Source: Octopus sinensis (Eukaryota). From it: a stretch of DNA of 64,000 bases. Shown one piece after another: positions 1 through 11,492 of the stretch. Below the pieces are notes generated by a model, which saw only the letters and a program-made list of their open reading frames with translations, did not search any database and was not told where the DNA came from. A program made the position numbers and the translations under genes. Numbering within the stretch: the first letter of the stretch is position 1; each line of letters begins with the position of its first letter. The stretch spans positions 52,576,001 to 52,640,000 of the forward strand of contig NC_043005.1 in NCBI RefSeq assembly GCF_006345805.1, in the 5' to 3' direction.

Positions 1-200
1 TCCTTCAAACGAGTCTATTATGACAATTCGTTTTTCCTACTCTCTCATTGCTTTGTCTCCCATCCTTATTTCCAGGACTGACCACAATACACAACCATTC
101 TCACCAAATAAATAAATGAGTGGGAATTGAACCGGTGGGAATTGAAACAAAATTTCAGGGTGCATAGAGCCGAATCAAACTTATTAAAAAGTGATATTAG

Positions 201-253
<53 letters not shown>

Positions 254-254
<1 letters not shown>

Positions 255-797
255 GTACCAGGCAGTGGCTCTCATGGCTTCTGATCTTAACTGATTGGAA
301 GTGTTATCATGTACATTGTTTTGTCTTGGTATAAAAGATGGGCTACAGCAAATATTCTGCTCAATACCACAGATTTGCTTGTCAGTTGTTTGATCTTAAC
401 CAGTTGAGCATGTCCCTTAGTGGCTGACGATATGTGCATCTCTGATCACGAGCAGAAGTAGTGGGGGAGCATCATAGCCATGTGTTGAGAGGGATTCTTT
501 GGGGTTTGAATAGTTCACCTCTGGAAACATGGGTGGTTCTTTCAACATCCTTAAACAACCCTTATTCAGGGACCGTTTGAGCGGGATGGGCTACTCAACC
601 TGAAGAAAATTCTAACTGGGCCCCACCTGCAAGGTCATGTGCTGTTTATCTTGATATGAGATCACCATGTCGCGCACATATGGTTGTGATGCATGTGCCT
701 GGTGTACCTTTATCAGACGGGTAGTCATGATGGGTATATTGGGCTTCGTATATTTTACCCCAGTGTCACTTTGATGGCATGAACTGCTCTCTCACTC
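254..797 (+). mobile_element. ~540-bp non-coding interspersed element, copy 1, flanked by (AAT)n on both sides
   Basis: Starts AGTACCAGGCAGTGGCTCTCATGG and ends CTGCTCTCTCACTC. Near-identical to 63076-63630; reverse copies at 34674-35150, 35167-35710 and 59547-60073. No long ORF. Confidence 0.85.
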
Positions 798-950
798 AAT
801 AATAATAATAATAATAATGGAAGCAAATTTGAAAGAAGAAAAAAAAAGTAATAATAATGATGATAATAATAATAATAATAATAATTATAATAATAATAAT
901 AAGGAGAAGAAGAAGAAGAAGAAGAAGAAGAAGAAGAAGAAGAAGAAGAA

Positions 951-2280
951 TTGGGTACTGGAAAACAGCAGCACAGGAAACGATGAAAATACTGTTCCTA
1001 CTGATAATAGTAATCTAATAGCAGAAAACAGAATGAAATCTCTAATAAACCACAGGAACGGAACGGTGATAGCTTGCTTGATAAGAAACATATAGATGGG
1101 TTGAAGAAGAGAATAAAACTAATGGTGATATGACAGATGGGTAAAAGGCAATCTACGAAAGAATAAAGGCAAGGCTACAGGAGAACGATAGCGACATTAT
1201 TTGCAACCCTGAAATGGTTGATTGGTGGAAATTGAACCAAGAAACGAAAAATGTGAATGAAATTCTGAAATATATCAGAACAAAAAACATCACAGAAACA
1301 AACAATTTGATCAAAGTAGCAAGTATTGTTGCAGCGGAAAATGTGGGTGATGATGTCGAGAAAAGAAATATAATACGAGTGATCCATGGTGCAAAAGAAG
1401 AATACAGGCGGAGTAAGATATGCTTTCGAACGACATTTCTGTGTTAGACCGAAACGAAAAGTGGGAGATTTAAAGCGAACTAAATTACAGGGCACTGAAC
1501 AGGAAGTGTGATATTGAAAGAAAGGGCCTGAAAGTGGTAATGGAGGAACTGAAACAGCGTCTCGTTGCAAAAAAAAAGCAAAGATTGTAAGATACGACCA
1601 AAGAATGATGGGATACCAGCAGAATAGACTATTCAGAGTAGATCAGAAGAGATTCTGCAAAGAAATAACTGGAGAGTGTACATATGAAAAAGTTGATACC
1701 AGATAACATTGAAAGTCAAAGGTTTTGGAGTGACATCTGTCGGAAAGACAAAGAGCACAAGAAGGATGCTGAATGGTTGCAAGAATTGAAACCAATAGCA
1801 GTCTGTCCAAAACAGACAGAACTAGTTATTTCAGTAAGTGAAGTGAAGGAAATCAGCAAAAAAGAAAGGCTGGGGGCGGGGCAACTGCAAGGCTCCGGGA
1901 TCAGATGGAGTTCAAGGCTGCTGGATCAAAAAATTTGGTGAATGTCATGCACGAATAGCTGCACAACTCAACACCTTGTTCAATGTCGGCCAAGTAACAT
2001 AAGAGTGGCTGACAGTACTGTGCTTCAAGAACACCGAAAATGGCAATACCGTAGATATCCTGCTTGCCAATTATGAGGAAACTATTGTACAGACATCTGG
2101 GAAAAATGGAGTCCTGCCACATGAGCTGAAGGTTTGCAAGCGTAAGCGCAGAGGTACCAAGGATCAACTCCTGGGAAATAAAACTGTACTTAGAGACTGC
2201 AACAAGAGGAAAACTAACTTAGCCATGTATCGATCGATTATCGTACGGCATACGATATGATTCCACATTCTTGGAGTTGG
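951..2280 (+). pseudogene. Decayed R4/Dong-like non-LTR retrotransposon ORF: pre-RT region and start of RT
   Basis: Across frameshifts: VVMEELKQRLVAK, YQQNRLFRVDQKRFCKEI, IESQRFWSDI, KTVLRDCNKRKTNLAM (region upstream of the IDYxKAYD motif). Many stops. Confidence 0.7.
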
Positions 2281-2812
2281 GACCTACATACGCTGGAAGC
2301 TATGCCAACACTATGGAATAACAACAGAAAAAAAGATGGTATCGGCACACGCCAAAAAAAAGGTTGCAGAAAATGAGAAAGCAACGACATTATGGGATAC
2401 GACTATACACACAGATAGCGAAATTAAGGTAAATAGGCCAGATATAGTTTTCAGAGATCATGAAAAAACAAATGACGTTTCTAAAAGAAATTGAGAAACT
2501 TTCAAGATACAAATACCTGGAAATAGAAGTAACACGGATGTGGATTCTAAAAACAGAAACAGCTCCTCTCATAGTGGGCGCATTAGGTATGGTAAAAAAA
2601 TATTCAGACCAATAGATAACAAAAATACCAGAACTAACAAATATATATAACGTACAGAATATTGCACAACTGGACACTGTAAACACCCTACGTAAAACAC
2701 TTTCAATACAGTAACCATTAGAGCATCACAGCAAGCAAGAGAACATACTCAAGGCACATAGAACTGCGCTCTGTAGTGCAGTGAAAGCACGTTATAAAAA
2801 TAAGACTACTGT
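2281..2812 (+). pseudogene. R4/Dong-like LINE C-terminus (restriction-like endonuclease) plus 3' UTR ending in (AAT)n
   Basis: TLWDTTIHTDSEIKVNRPDIVFRDHEK...KEIEKLSRYKYLEIEVTRMWILKTETAPLIVGALG matches the REL endonuclease PD..D..K pattern. Confidence 0.8.
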
Positions 2813-2925
2813 ATAATAATAATAGTAAAATCTCGTATCCTTCATTCGCCTTAGAACGCTGCGTATGTCTCAGCGTGAGTGATTGTAACAAACATGTTTA
2901 TTAATAGGAAATAATAATAATAATA

Positions 2926-2957
<32 letters not shown>

Positions 2958-2999
2958 AATAATGATGATATTAATAATGAAAATAATAATAATAATAAT

Positions 3000-3031
<32 letters not shown>

Positions 3032-3034
3032 ACT

Positions 3035-3372
3035 ATTCTGGATCATATACATAGCATGTCAAGCTGACAAGGTATGCGATAAGGAAGAAAGTAAAGCCGA
3101 GAGATATGACAGGTGAGCTTGGGAAGTTAAGCAGTTGTGGTCGATGAAAAAGGTGGTAATAGTACCAATAATTGTCGGAGCCCTGGGAACGGTGAGTAAA
3201 AAATCTCGAGAAGTACGTTGAACAAATAGAGGCTGCACTAAGGGTGGACCACTTGCAGAAAACAGCACAGCTTGGAACCGCCCACATACTCCGGAAGATA
3301 CTCTAAAAATAATTCACTGGTAGTGAACAGCTGACACTGTAGTACACCTCCAGCATTAGAAGCTGTGCAAAG
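3035..3372 (+). pseudogene. 5'-truncated R4/Dong-like LINE 3' end (REL endonuclease)
   Basis: KEESKAERYDR...QLWSMKKVVIVPIIVGALGTVSK...LQKTAQLGTAHILRKIL. Lies between (AAT/AAC)n tracts; paralog of 32770-33282. Confidence 0.8.
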
Positions 3373-3416
3373 GCAACAACAACAGCAACAGCAGCAGCAG
3401 CAGCGGCACCACCACC

Positions 3417-3447
<31 letters not shown>

Positions 3448-3639
3448 CAATAATAATAATAATAATAATAATGGTGATGATGGTGATGATGGTGATGATG
3501 ATAAATGTGTATATGTATGTGCGTATATTTGCGTACATCTCTGTCTCTGTGTATTAGTATTTCTGTTCGGCCTCCACGACTGCTATAATAACTGCTATTG
3601 ATTTGATTACCTTGCCATGAATTAATGGTTCGTCAAAAA

Positions 3640-3765
3640 GGACCGATAAAATAAGTACGTGTCATAAAAAATATGAAAGCTGGAGTCGATTTGTTCGCCA
3701 ATCCCTTTCAAGACTGAGCCCTAGCATGGCCGTTGTCCAATGACTGAAACAAACAAAAGATAAAA
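3640..3765 (+). mobile_element. SINE family B 3' tail fragment
   Basis: CTAGCATGGCCGTTGTCCAATGACTGAAACAAACAAAAG resembles the tail at 10020-10070. Confidence 0.5.
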
Positions 3766-4037
3766 CAAGAGGTGTTTGGAATAGAAATTAAATGCTCTCT
3801 TTTAATGGTAACTTCTAGGCAAAATATTAGTACCAAAAATATAAATTCCGTTGATGGAAGGAACTCTGCTCAGAAACCTTTTAGGTTAGGCAAGATATAA
3901 AAGCAGGCGGAATTTCGTAGATATAATTCAGGAACTTGATGTGTATTATCCATTAAGTTTATGAGGGTTCTACAAACTTATATTTAGGGTTACTAAGATC
4001 TGTTCTGTGCGAGTATATGGACGTGTACGCATATATA

Positions 4038-4078
<41 letters not shown>

Positions 4079-4784
4079 GTGTGTGCGTATGTGTTTGTGT
4101 GTACGTGTATGTGTGTGTATTTATAGTAATTAATGCATGTATGCATATACATGCATTTGAAATTTTTATTGTGATGCCTCTCTCCGTAGAAATCATATCA
4201 GTTACTCCAACGAATTTAGATGAATACATACTGCTTGTGAGGTGGGCACTTCCTAAGTGAAGCGTTCGCTCTTGTTTAATATAAATTCCTGATCACGTTT
4301 GTATGTCCCAGTTGTATGTGTATTTATTTATTGATTGATTGATTACTTCTAGGTCATCTCCGATCCAGTAGGTCTATAACAGGCGTTTCAACAAAGACCA
4401 TCCAGTCAAGGACATGGAGACTAGTTACAGGAATTATCAAAGCATCAGATACTACAGTTTTGGAGTATTCTTTCTGGATCTCTACAGCCTGGATTCAGAA
4501 TCCACTAGCATTAGATTGTCCTTTCGTTTCAATAGATAGGTACCCGTCCAGTAATGGAATCGATTATGCTTTTAATTTCTCTCCTTTAAACACTGGTAGA
4601 AATAAGTTCTGTTCAGACACCGAGAGGCATTAATTTCACCAGGTTTTCAATGACCAAAACCCACCGTATGCCGCGAATATGCCATCATGAATCTATCATG
4701 AGTGACTAATACAAAGGGGGAAAGATTATCAAATATTATTCTTTCGTGTCTATTCTATTGATTTCAATTTTTTGACACAAGACC

Positions 4785-5567
4785 AGCAATTCCGTGGGAG
4801 GGAATAAGTCGATTACATCGACTCCAATGCATAACTGGTACTTATTTTATCGACCCCAAGAAGAATATGGAAGTCGACCTTGGCAGAATTTGAACTCATA
4901 ACGTACAGACGGACAAAATGCCATTAAGCATTTTGCCCGGCACGTTAACGATTCTGCCAGCTCGCTGCCTTAATTACTATTCTATAATCTTTTCTACTCT
5001 GGGCACAGGCCATGAAATTTTGGGAGAGGGGCCAGTCGATTAGATCCATCCCACTACGGAACTGGTACTTAATTTATCGACCCCGAACGAATGAAAGGCA
5101 AAGTCGACCTCGGCGGAATTCAAAAATGTAGATTTATACTTTCTACACTAGGCACAAGGCCCGAAATTTTGAGGGGGGCGGTCAGTCGATTAGATGGACT
5201 CCAGTAGGCAACAGGTGCATAATTTATCGACTCCGAAAGGATGAAAGACAAAGTCGGCCTCGGCAGAATTCGCACTCAGAACGTAAAGACAGACGAATTA
5301 CCGTAAGCATTTCGCCCGGCGTGCTAACGTTACTTATTTCTTTACTACCCACAAGGGGCTAAACACAGAGGGGACAAACAAGGACAGAAAAACAGATTAA
5401 GTCGATTATATCGACCCCAGTGCGCAACTGGTACTTATTTAATCGACCCCGAAAGGATGAAAGTCAAAGTTGACCTCGGCGGAATTTGAACTCAGAACGT
5501 AGCGGCAGACGAAATACCGCTAAGCACCTCGCCCGGCGTGCTAACGTTTCTGCCAGATTACCGCCTT
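4785..5567 (-). mobile_element. Cluster of tRNA-derived SINE family A copies (monomer, truncated copy, dimer)
   Basis: Repeated reverse complement of head GGCGGCGAGCTGGCAGAAACGTTAGCACGCCGGGCGAAATG, B-box-like GAGTTCAAATTCC and core GAGGTCGACTTTGCCTTTCATCCTTTCGGGGTCGAT. Confidence 0.85.
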
Positions 5568-5679
5568 AATCACTATTCTATATTGCAGGAGAACTTAGTA
5601 CAGGAAGATTGATAAGAAAAACATGCGTGCAGTTTTGTCTTTTATTTGTTTGGTGAAATAATCATATCTGTTGCAGGCA

Positions 5680-5880
5680 CAACGGCAGTAATTTCGGAGA
5701 AGCGGCTAAGTCGATTACATCAATTCCAGTGCTCGTCTGGTACTTATTTTATCAACTCCGAAAAGATGGAAAGCAAAGTCGAACTTTATAATTTTTGAGT
5801 TCAGTATAAAATGGACGGTCGAAATGCTGCTAAACATTTTGCCCGGCATGCTAATAATTCTGTCTGCTTCCTGCCTTTGC
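5680..5880 (-). mobile_element. Diverged SINE family A copy
   Basis: Core and head recognisable: CTGGTACTTATTTTATCAACTCCGAAAAGATGGAAAGCAAAGTCGAAC. Confidence 0.7.
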
Positions 5881-5926
5881 TTGGTCAGATAATAAGCTTC
5901 GTTATCCCTTAATATTTTGTTTATAT

Positions 5927-6512
5927 AAGGCGGCGTGCTGGCAGAAACGTTAACAAGGCGGGCGAAATGCGTAGCCGTATTTCGTCTGCCGTTACGTTCT
6001 GAGTTCAGATTCCGCCGAGGTCGACTTTGCCTTTCATCCTTTCGGGTTCGATTAAATAAGTACCAGTTACGCACTGGGGTCGATACAATCGACTTAATCC
6101 GTTTGACTGTCCTTATTTGTCCTCTCTGTATTTAACCCCTTGTGGGTAGTAAAGAAATATGTATTTCGTCTGTCTTTAAGTTCTGAGTTCAAATTCTGCT
6201 GAGGTCGACTTTGCCTTTCATCTTTTCGGTGTCGATAAATTAAGTACCAGTTACGCACTGGGGGTCGATGTAATCGACTTAACGCCTCTGTCTATCCTTG
6301 TTTGTCTCCTCTATGTTTAGCCCCATGTGGGCAATAAAGAAATAAGAAACATTAGCTTAGCGGTATTTCATCTGTCTTTACGTCCTAAATTCAAATTGCC
6401 TTTCATCCTTTCAGGGTCGATAAATTAAGTACCAGTTGCGTACTGGGGTTGATCTATAGACTGGGCCCCTCCCACCAAAATTTCGGGCTTTGTGCCTAAA
6501 GTAGAAAAAATA
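5927..6512 (+). mobile_element. SINE family A trimer (head + 3 cores, two X tails, one T tail)
   Basis: Core repeated at about 6020, 6200 and 6395; junctions AAAGAAATA-(G)GTATTTCGTCTG; ends TTTCGGGCTTTGTGCCTAAAGTAGAAAA. Confidence 0.9.
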
Positions 6513-6769
6513 TTCTGTTTATATTCATTGTATTTAAACCAATTGCTGTTATTTCCGGGTGTATATGTATTAAATAACTAATTCTGTATATTCAATGTCG
6601 AAATATCATCTGTGTTATAAGTAGTAATATATTTACATCAGTAAAGTTAAAATATCCTATTGAAGTTGATTGATATCGGTGTAGATACGCATTATTTTTA
6701 ATTATATATGAAAAACAAAGTAAAAGAAAATTGTAATATTTACAAATGCTTACCAGAATTTTAACATAT

Positions 6770-6770
6770 A

Positions 6771-6806
<36 letters not shown>

Positions 6807-6975
6807 TGTATGTATGTATGTATGTATGTATGTATGTATGTATTATGTATGTATTATGTATGTATGTATGTATGTATGTATGTATGTATCTATGTATTAT
6901 GTATGTATGTATGTATGTGTACGCGTGAGAGAGAGAGAGTACGCATGTGTGTGTTTGTATACATGTCTTTGTGTG

Positions 6976-7006
<31 letters not shown>

Positions 7007-7009
7007 ATG

Positions 7010-7044
<35 letters not shown>

Positions 7045-7059
7045 TATATATATATATAT

Positions 7060-7098
<39 letters not shown>

Positions 7099-7118
7099 CA
7101 TACATATATATATATACA
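6770..7118. repeat. Compound (TATG)n/(TA)n microsatellite
   Basis: Direct reading. Confidence 0.95.
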
Positions 7119-7499
7119 CGGAATGTTTAAGTACATATTCTAATTTTGTAAATTTAATCAGATCTACATAGATATCAACTTTCAAAAGATCGATGAAAAT
7201 GCATTAAATAAGTAGGCATATATATAAATAAATACATACAAACATATTCACGCACAATATACATATGTCACTCAGTGTGTGTGTGTGTGTGTGCCTGTGT
7301 GTGTGTGTGTGTGTGCGTGTGTGCGTGTGGGTGTTTGTGTGTGTGCGTGTGCGCGTGTGTATGTTTCGGTGCATGTGTGTATGTGTCTGTGCATATGTCA
7401 ATGTGTCTGTGCTTGTGTGTATTCCTTTTTACTATAACGCTTTCTTTTACGGTTCCACTACATTTTATTTCATCTTGTTTTTATAGGAATTATCAGTTC

Positions 7500-7590
7500 A
7501 TAGGCGCAGGCGTGTCCGTGTCGTAATAAGCTCGGTTCCCAACTAGATGGTTTGGAGTTCAGTCCCACTGCGTGGAACGCTGTCAGAACG
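7500..7590 (+). mobile_element. SINE family B head fragment
   Basis: GGAGTTCAGTCCCACTGCGTGGAAC matches the B-box region at 9710-9735. Confidence 0.5.
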
Positions 7591-7609
7591 CCTGCTGTGT
7601 CCCTTCCTG

Positions 7610-7890
7610 CGGGCCTCGGCATCGCAGACCCCGTTACAGCAATCTATGTTACGTCTTACAGCCTTTACAGTTCAAAGAGGATTCAGCAGAACAGTCGTGA
7701 TGTTGGCATTTTGCTACCCGGCGCGAATCCTCATGATGTAGGTAACACTTCCCAATATTCAGAAGGCTTCCAATCCACCATGTTAGCCAACTTTTTCTCA
7801 ATTAAAACCTTAATCATCATGCTCTCCAACGCTGGTAACTGTTAACCAATGCATCAAAACAGAAACATACAGAATCTTCCAGTTTGGACC
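7610..7890 (-). pseudogene. Old RTE/CR1-type LINE RT N-terminal fragment
   Basis: Minus frame QLPALESMMIKVLIEKKLANM resembles the EVxKALxxMKxGKA segment; a diverged homolog lies at 8490-8640. Confidence 0.4.
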
Positions 7891-8017
7891 GAATACTCTG
7901 TGTATATATATATAGATATATATGCTTGTGCGTGTGTATGTGTGTGGGTGCGCGCGTGTCTGTGCGTGGGAGTCAGTGTGTGTGTTTGTGCGTGTGTGTG
8001 TGTACATTAATATATCT

Positions 8018-8398
8018 ACGGCGCTCCGTCGATCACGACGACGAGGGTACCAGTTGAACCAATCATCGGAACAGCCTGCTCGTGAAATTAACGTGCAAGT
8101 GGCTGAGCATTCCAGAGACACGTGTACCCTTAACGTAGTTCTCGGGGTGATTCAGCGTGATACAGAGTGTGACAAAGCTGGCCATTTGAAATACAGATAC
8201 AACAGAAACAGGAAGAAAGAGTGAGAGAAAGTTGTGGATGAAAGAGTACAGCAGGGTTCGTCACCACACCCTGCCAGAGCTTCGTGGAGCTTTAAGTGTT
8301 TTCGCTCAATGAATACTCACAACGCCCGGTCTGGGAATCGAAACCGCGATCCTATGACCGCGAGTCCACTGCCCTAACCACTGGGCCATTGCGCCTCC
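8018..8398 (-). mobile_element. tRNA-derived SINE family C
   Basis: Head GGAGGCGCAATGGCCCAGTGGTTAGGGCAGTGGACTCGCGGTCATAGGATCGCGGTTTCGATTCCC has A and B boxes; tail is related to 41120-41280 and 61360-61540. Confidence 0.8.
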
Positions 8399-8489
8399 AC
8401 TACGTTAATATATACATACACATACATTCATACGCAAACACACACACACACACACACACACATACACACACATATATATATATATATAA

Positions 8490-8640
8490 CAATTCTTCAT
8501 GTCAGCCAGCATTTTCTCGACTGAAACTTTAGATATTATGCCCTCCAACGCCGTTGACTGTTCACCAATAAATCAAGATGTTCCTAAAAAACGTAACTTG
8601 CAAAATCATCAAGCTTAGACCGAACATCCTCTATGCGTAT
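8490..8640 (-). pseudogene. Second old RTE/CR1-type RT fragment
   Basis: Minus frame GEQSTALEGIISKVSVEKMLADMKN; aligns by eye to 7770-7890. Confidence 0.4.
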
Positions 8641-8690
8641 GTGTCTATGTATGTGTGTATATATATTATATATATGTGTGTGAATACATG

Positions 8691-8757
<67 letters not shown>

Positions 8758-9665
8758 CTTACATATATAACGTAATAAGTTGAATAAGTAGTTTTTCGAA
8801 TCTGAACACTCTACCCTACTTGCTTCAATTCACTTTAGATTATTTGTTTAGTCTTTTTGATCCCCAATTACCGTTCTAGCGTTCTGGAGAAAAAAAAATA
8901 AATAAAGTAAAAAAGATATAAAAAAAAAACAAGAACGGCGATCGATATTACTTCTTTTCCGTTAATGCATATAAATCTATGCCCATATGGAAGCATATCA
9001 ATAAGTAAATGAAGTCGCTATAATAAAAATGTTCAGTATCATTTAACAATTATCTGGTTTTCCATTTAACATAATATCCTTCATAATTTATTTACCAACT
9101 AGAAAAGGAGAAAAAAAAATTATCCAAATTTATATAGAAATCAATATGAAATAATTATTTAGAAACGGGAAGATAATTTATTATGCAAATTGCACATGTA
9201 ATCGATTTTTGCTTAATAGATATCATTTATAGATATTTTTATATATGCATATGTATATATGTGTGTCTATATATATACATATAACCTATAATCTTTTATT
9301 TTATCCTTATGATATATTATGTTGCAGTTAGCAATAATACATTTTATTGATGATAATTCCATATGTAAAAATCGATCAGCATATCGTTGTATCTGTACGT
9401 GATCATACGCATCTGTATTCCTCCACACACACTCAAATATAAAAATGCTACCGGGTTAGTGAAGCGTGCCGTACGCAGCAGTTGTTTTTTGCGGGACAAT
9501 CAAAGATCACCAATTAAAAATAAATTTATCACTTGGTCAATTTATTTCATTTACTTCGTTTTCTGTTTTGTATTTTTTTTTTTTGTTTTTCGATGGTTTC
9601 CATGTTTCCATAAAACTTAAAATTTTCTCATGATCTTATCTTCTTTTCAACAAAGAATTTCTAGA

Positions 9666-10070
9666 GGAGTGGCTGTGTGGTAAGTAGCTTGCTAACCAAC
9701 CACATGGTTCTGGGTTCAGTCCCACTGCGTGACATCTTGGGCAAGTGTCTTCTGCTATAGCCCCGGGCCGACCAATGCCTTGTGAGTGGATTTGGTAGAC
9801 GGAAACTGAAAGAAGCCTGTCGTATATATGCATATATATGTATATATGGGTATGTGTGTGTGTTTGTGTGCGTGTGTTTGTCCCCCTAGAATTGCTTGAC
9901 AACCGATGCTGGTGTGTTTATGTTCCCGTCACTTAGCGGTTCGGCAAAAGAGACCAATAGAATAAGTACTGGGCTTACAAAGAATAAGACCCGAGGTCGA
10001 GTTGCTCGACTAAAGGCGGTGCTCCAGCATGGCCGCAGTCAAATGACTGAAACAAGTAAAAGAAAAGAAA
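9666..10070 (+). mobile_element. tRNA-derived CORE-like SINE family B, full length, with internal microsatellite
   Basis: A box TGGCTGTGTGGTAAG, B box GGTTCAGTCCC, MIR-core-like TTGGGCAAGTGTCTT, tail ending GACTGAAACAAGTAAAAGA. Confidence 0.85.
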
Positions 10071-10539
10071 GAAGAATAAAATGAGAAATTTAGTAAGTAT
10101 GTATATTGGGAGGAGCTGTAGACAACTTTGTAGAGAGTTGTCTTGAAGGCCAGGATCTGATGGACCCGACCTGTATTGATTGTTAGCATTGGCCTCCGCA
10201 GGTGGCTTCGTTGGGGGTGAAAGAAAGAGATTTCTTTCGAATAACGGAGTCCTTTTCGAAGGAAAATTACAATTATCACTTTTGTGGTCCCGACTTGCTG
10301 CTGCAGGATTGCCTGCAAGAGGATTGACAGGGGATGGTTGAAGAGATGGTGTCTCAGTCTGTGTAAGAGGTTCATTACCTCATTTTTGTGTTTTATCTTT
10401 GTAAAAAAAACAAAAGAAAATTTGTAATGGAACAATTATAAAACTAAAGTAAGAGGTTTAATATCTCGTTTTGTTTTTTATGTATTAAAAAAGATAAGAA
10501 TAATATTTTAGAGAAGCAAAAAATCGGCGGGCGTTTTTT

Positions 10540-11492
10540 GTGCATTGCTAAAAATTTGCCCCTGATCTCTATAACAGTATTAAAATGGCGTCCTTTGTGC
10601 TGCCTTTTCATCTTGGGGAAGAGATGGAAGTCTGCAGATGCTAAATTTGGAGAATAGGGTGGGTGCGGAAGTGATACCAAGCTGATCTTTGGGAAAACCT
10701 CACGCGTAAAGAGACCTCGATGACAGGGTGCATTGCCGTCATGAAGAATCCAGAAGTAACGATACCCTGCACGGACCCATACGATCGACCAACAATATAA
10801 GCAATGCTGTTGATTGTCCTCCGACGATTCTCATGCACAAACTGATGAATTTTCTTCACATTCCCGAGATGATGCTCGTGGAAGGTCTTCCGGATCGCTC
10901 ATCGTCCTCCAGGACGTTTTTTTCCGCTTTTGAAGCGCTGCGGCCACTCGAAACATTGAGTACGACTAATTGACTCGTTGAAGAAGTTGAGTAGATAATC
11001 TGCATCAAATTTTACCCAAAGCTTGGTGATACCTGCTCAGAGGCCTATCCGTGAGTTATCAGGTTAGTTACGGTTCAGTTCAGTACATTATCACTGAAGA
11101 TGTGGGTATGAGACACGTGTCTGCAAAGTTTGTGCCGAAACTGCTTTTAGCTGACCAAAACTGCTTTTAGCTGCACGAGATCTTGATTGTGTCGAAAACG
11201 ATGAAACCTTTTTGAAAACTTTGCAAACACCTCTGAGCAGGTATCGCCAAGCTTTGGGTAAAATTTGATGAAGATTTTCGGCCCAACTACCTCTGTTACG
11301 ATCAATGCGACGATCACACACTACACAGTTCCTTCAAGGCACTGCTGTACGCAGCAGATGTAAGCTAAAACGTTAAAAGTTAGTGCGCATGCACAGCTGA
11401 GTTCAAGGTCAGTCTGTGCCATGCGGCTATACTCTGCGTGTTTTAACTTTGTTACTATGGCAACAATCCGGACACTTTTTAATCAAGCCATG
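10540..11492 (-). mobile_element. Rearranged, internally deleted mariner (DD34D-type) transposon remnant
   Basis: TA + terminal CATGGCTTGATTAAAAAGTGTCCGGATTG; IKFYPKLGDTCSE; SRTQCFEW..RF; EDDERSGRPSTS; LHDGNAPCH; HPPYSPNLASADFHLFP. Confidence 0.8.
10995..11229 (+). mobile_element. Opposite-strand fragment of a related mariner nested in the above
   Basis: Plus strand reads CIKFYPKLGDTCSEAY, then SYGSVQYIITEDVGMRHVSAKFVPKLL. Confidence 0.7.

Noticed and set aside
4785-6512. CRISPR-like array from the recurring GAGGTCGACTTTGCC core
   Set aside because: Units are long, irregularly spaced, on both strands and separated by homologous tails rather than unique spacers; eukaryotic context with no cas genes.
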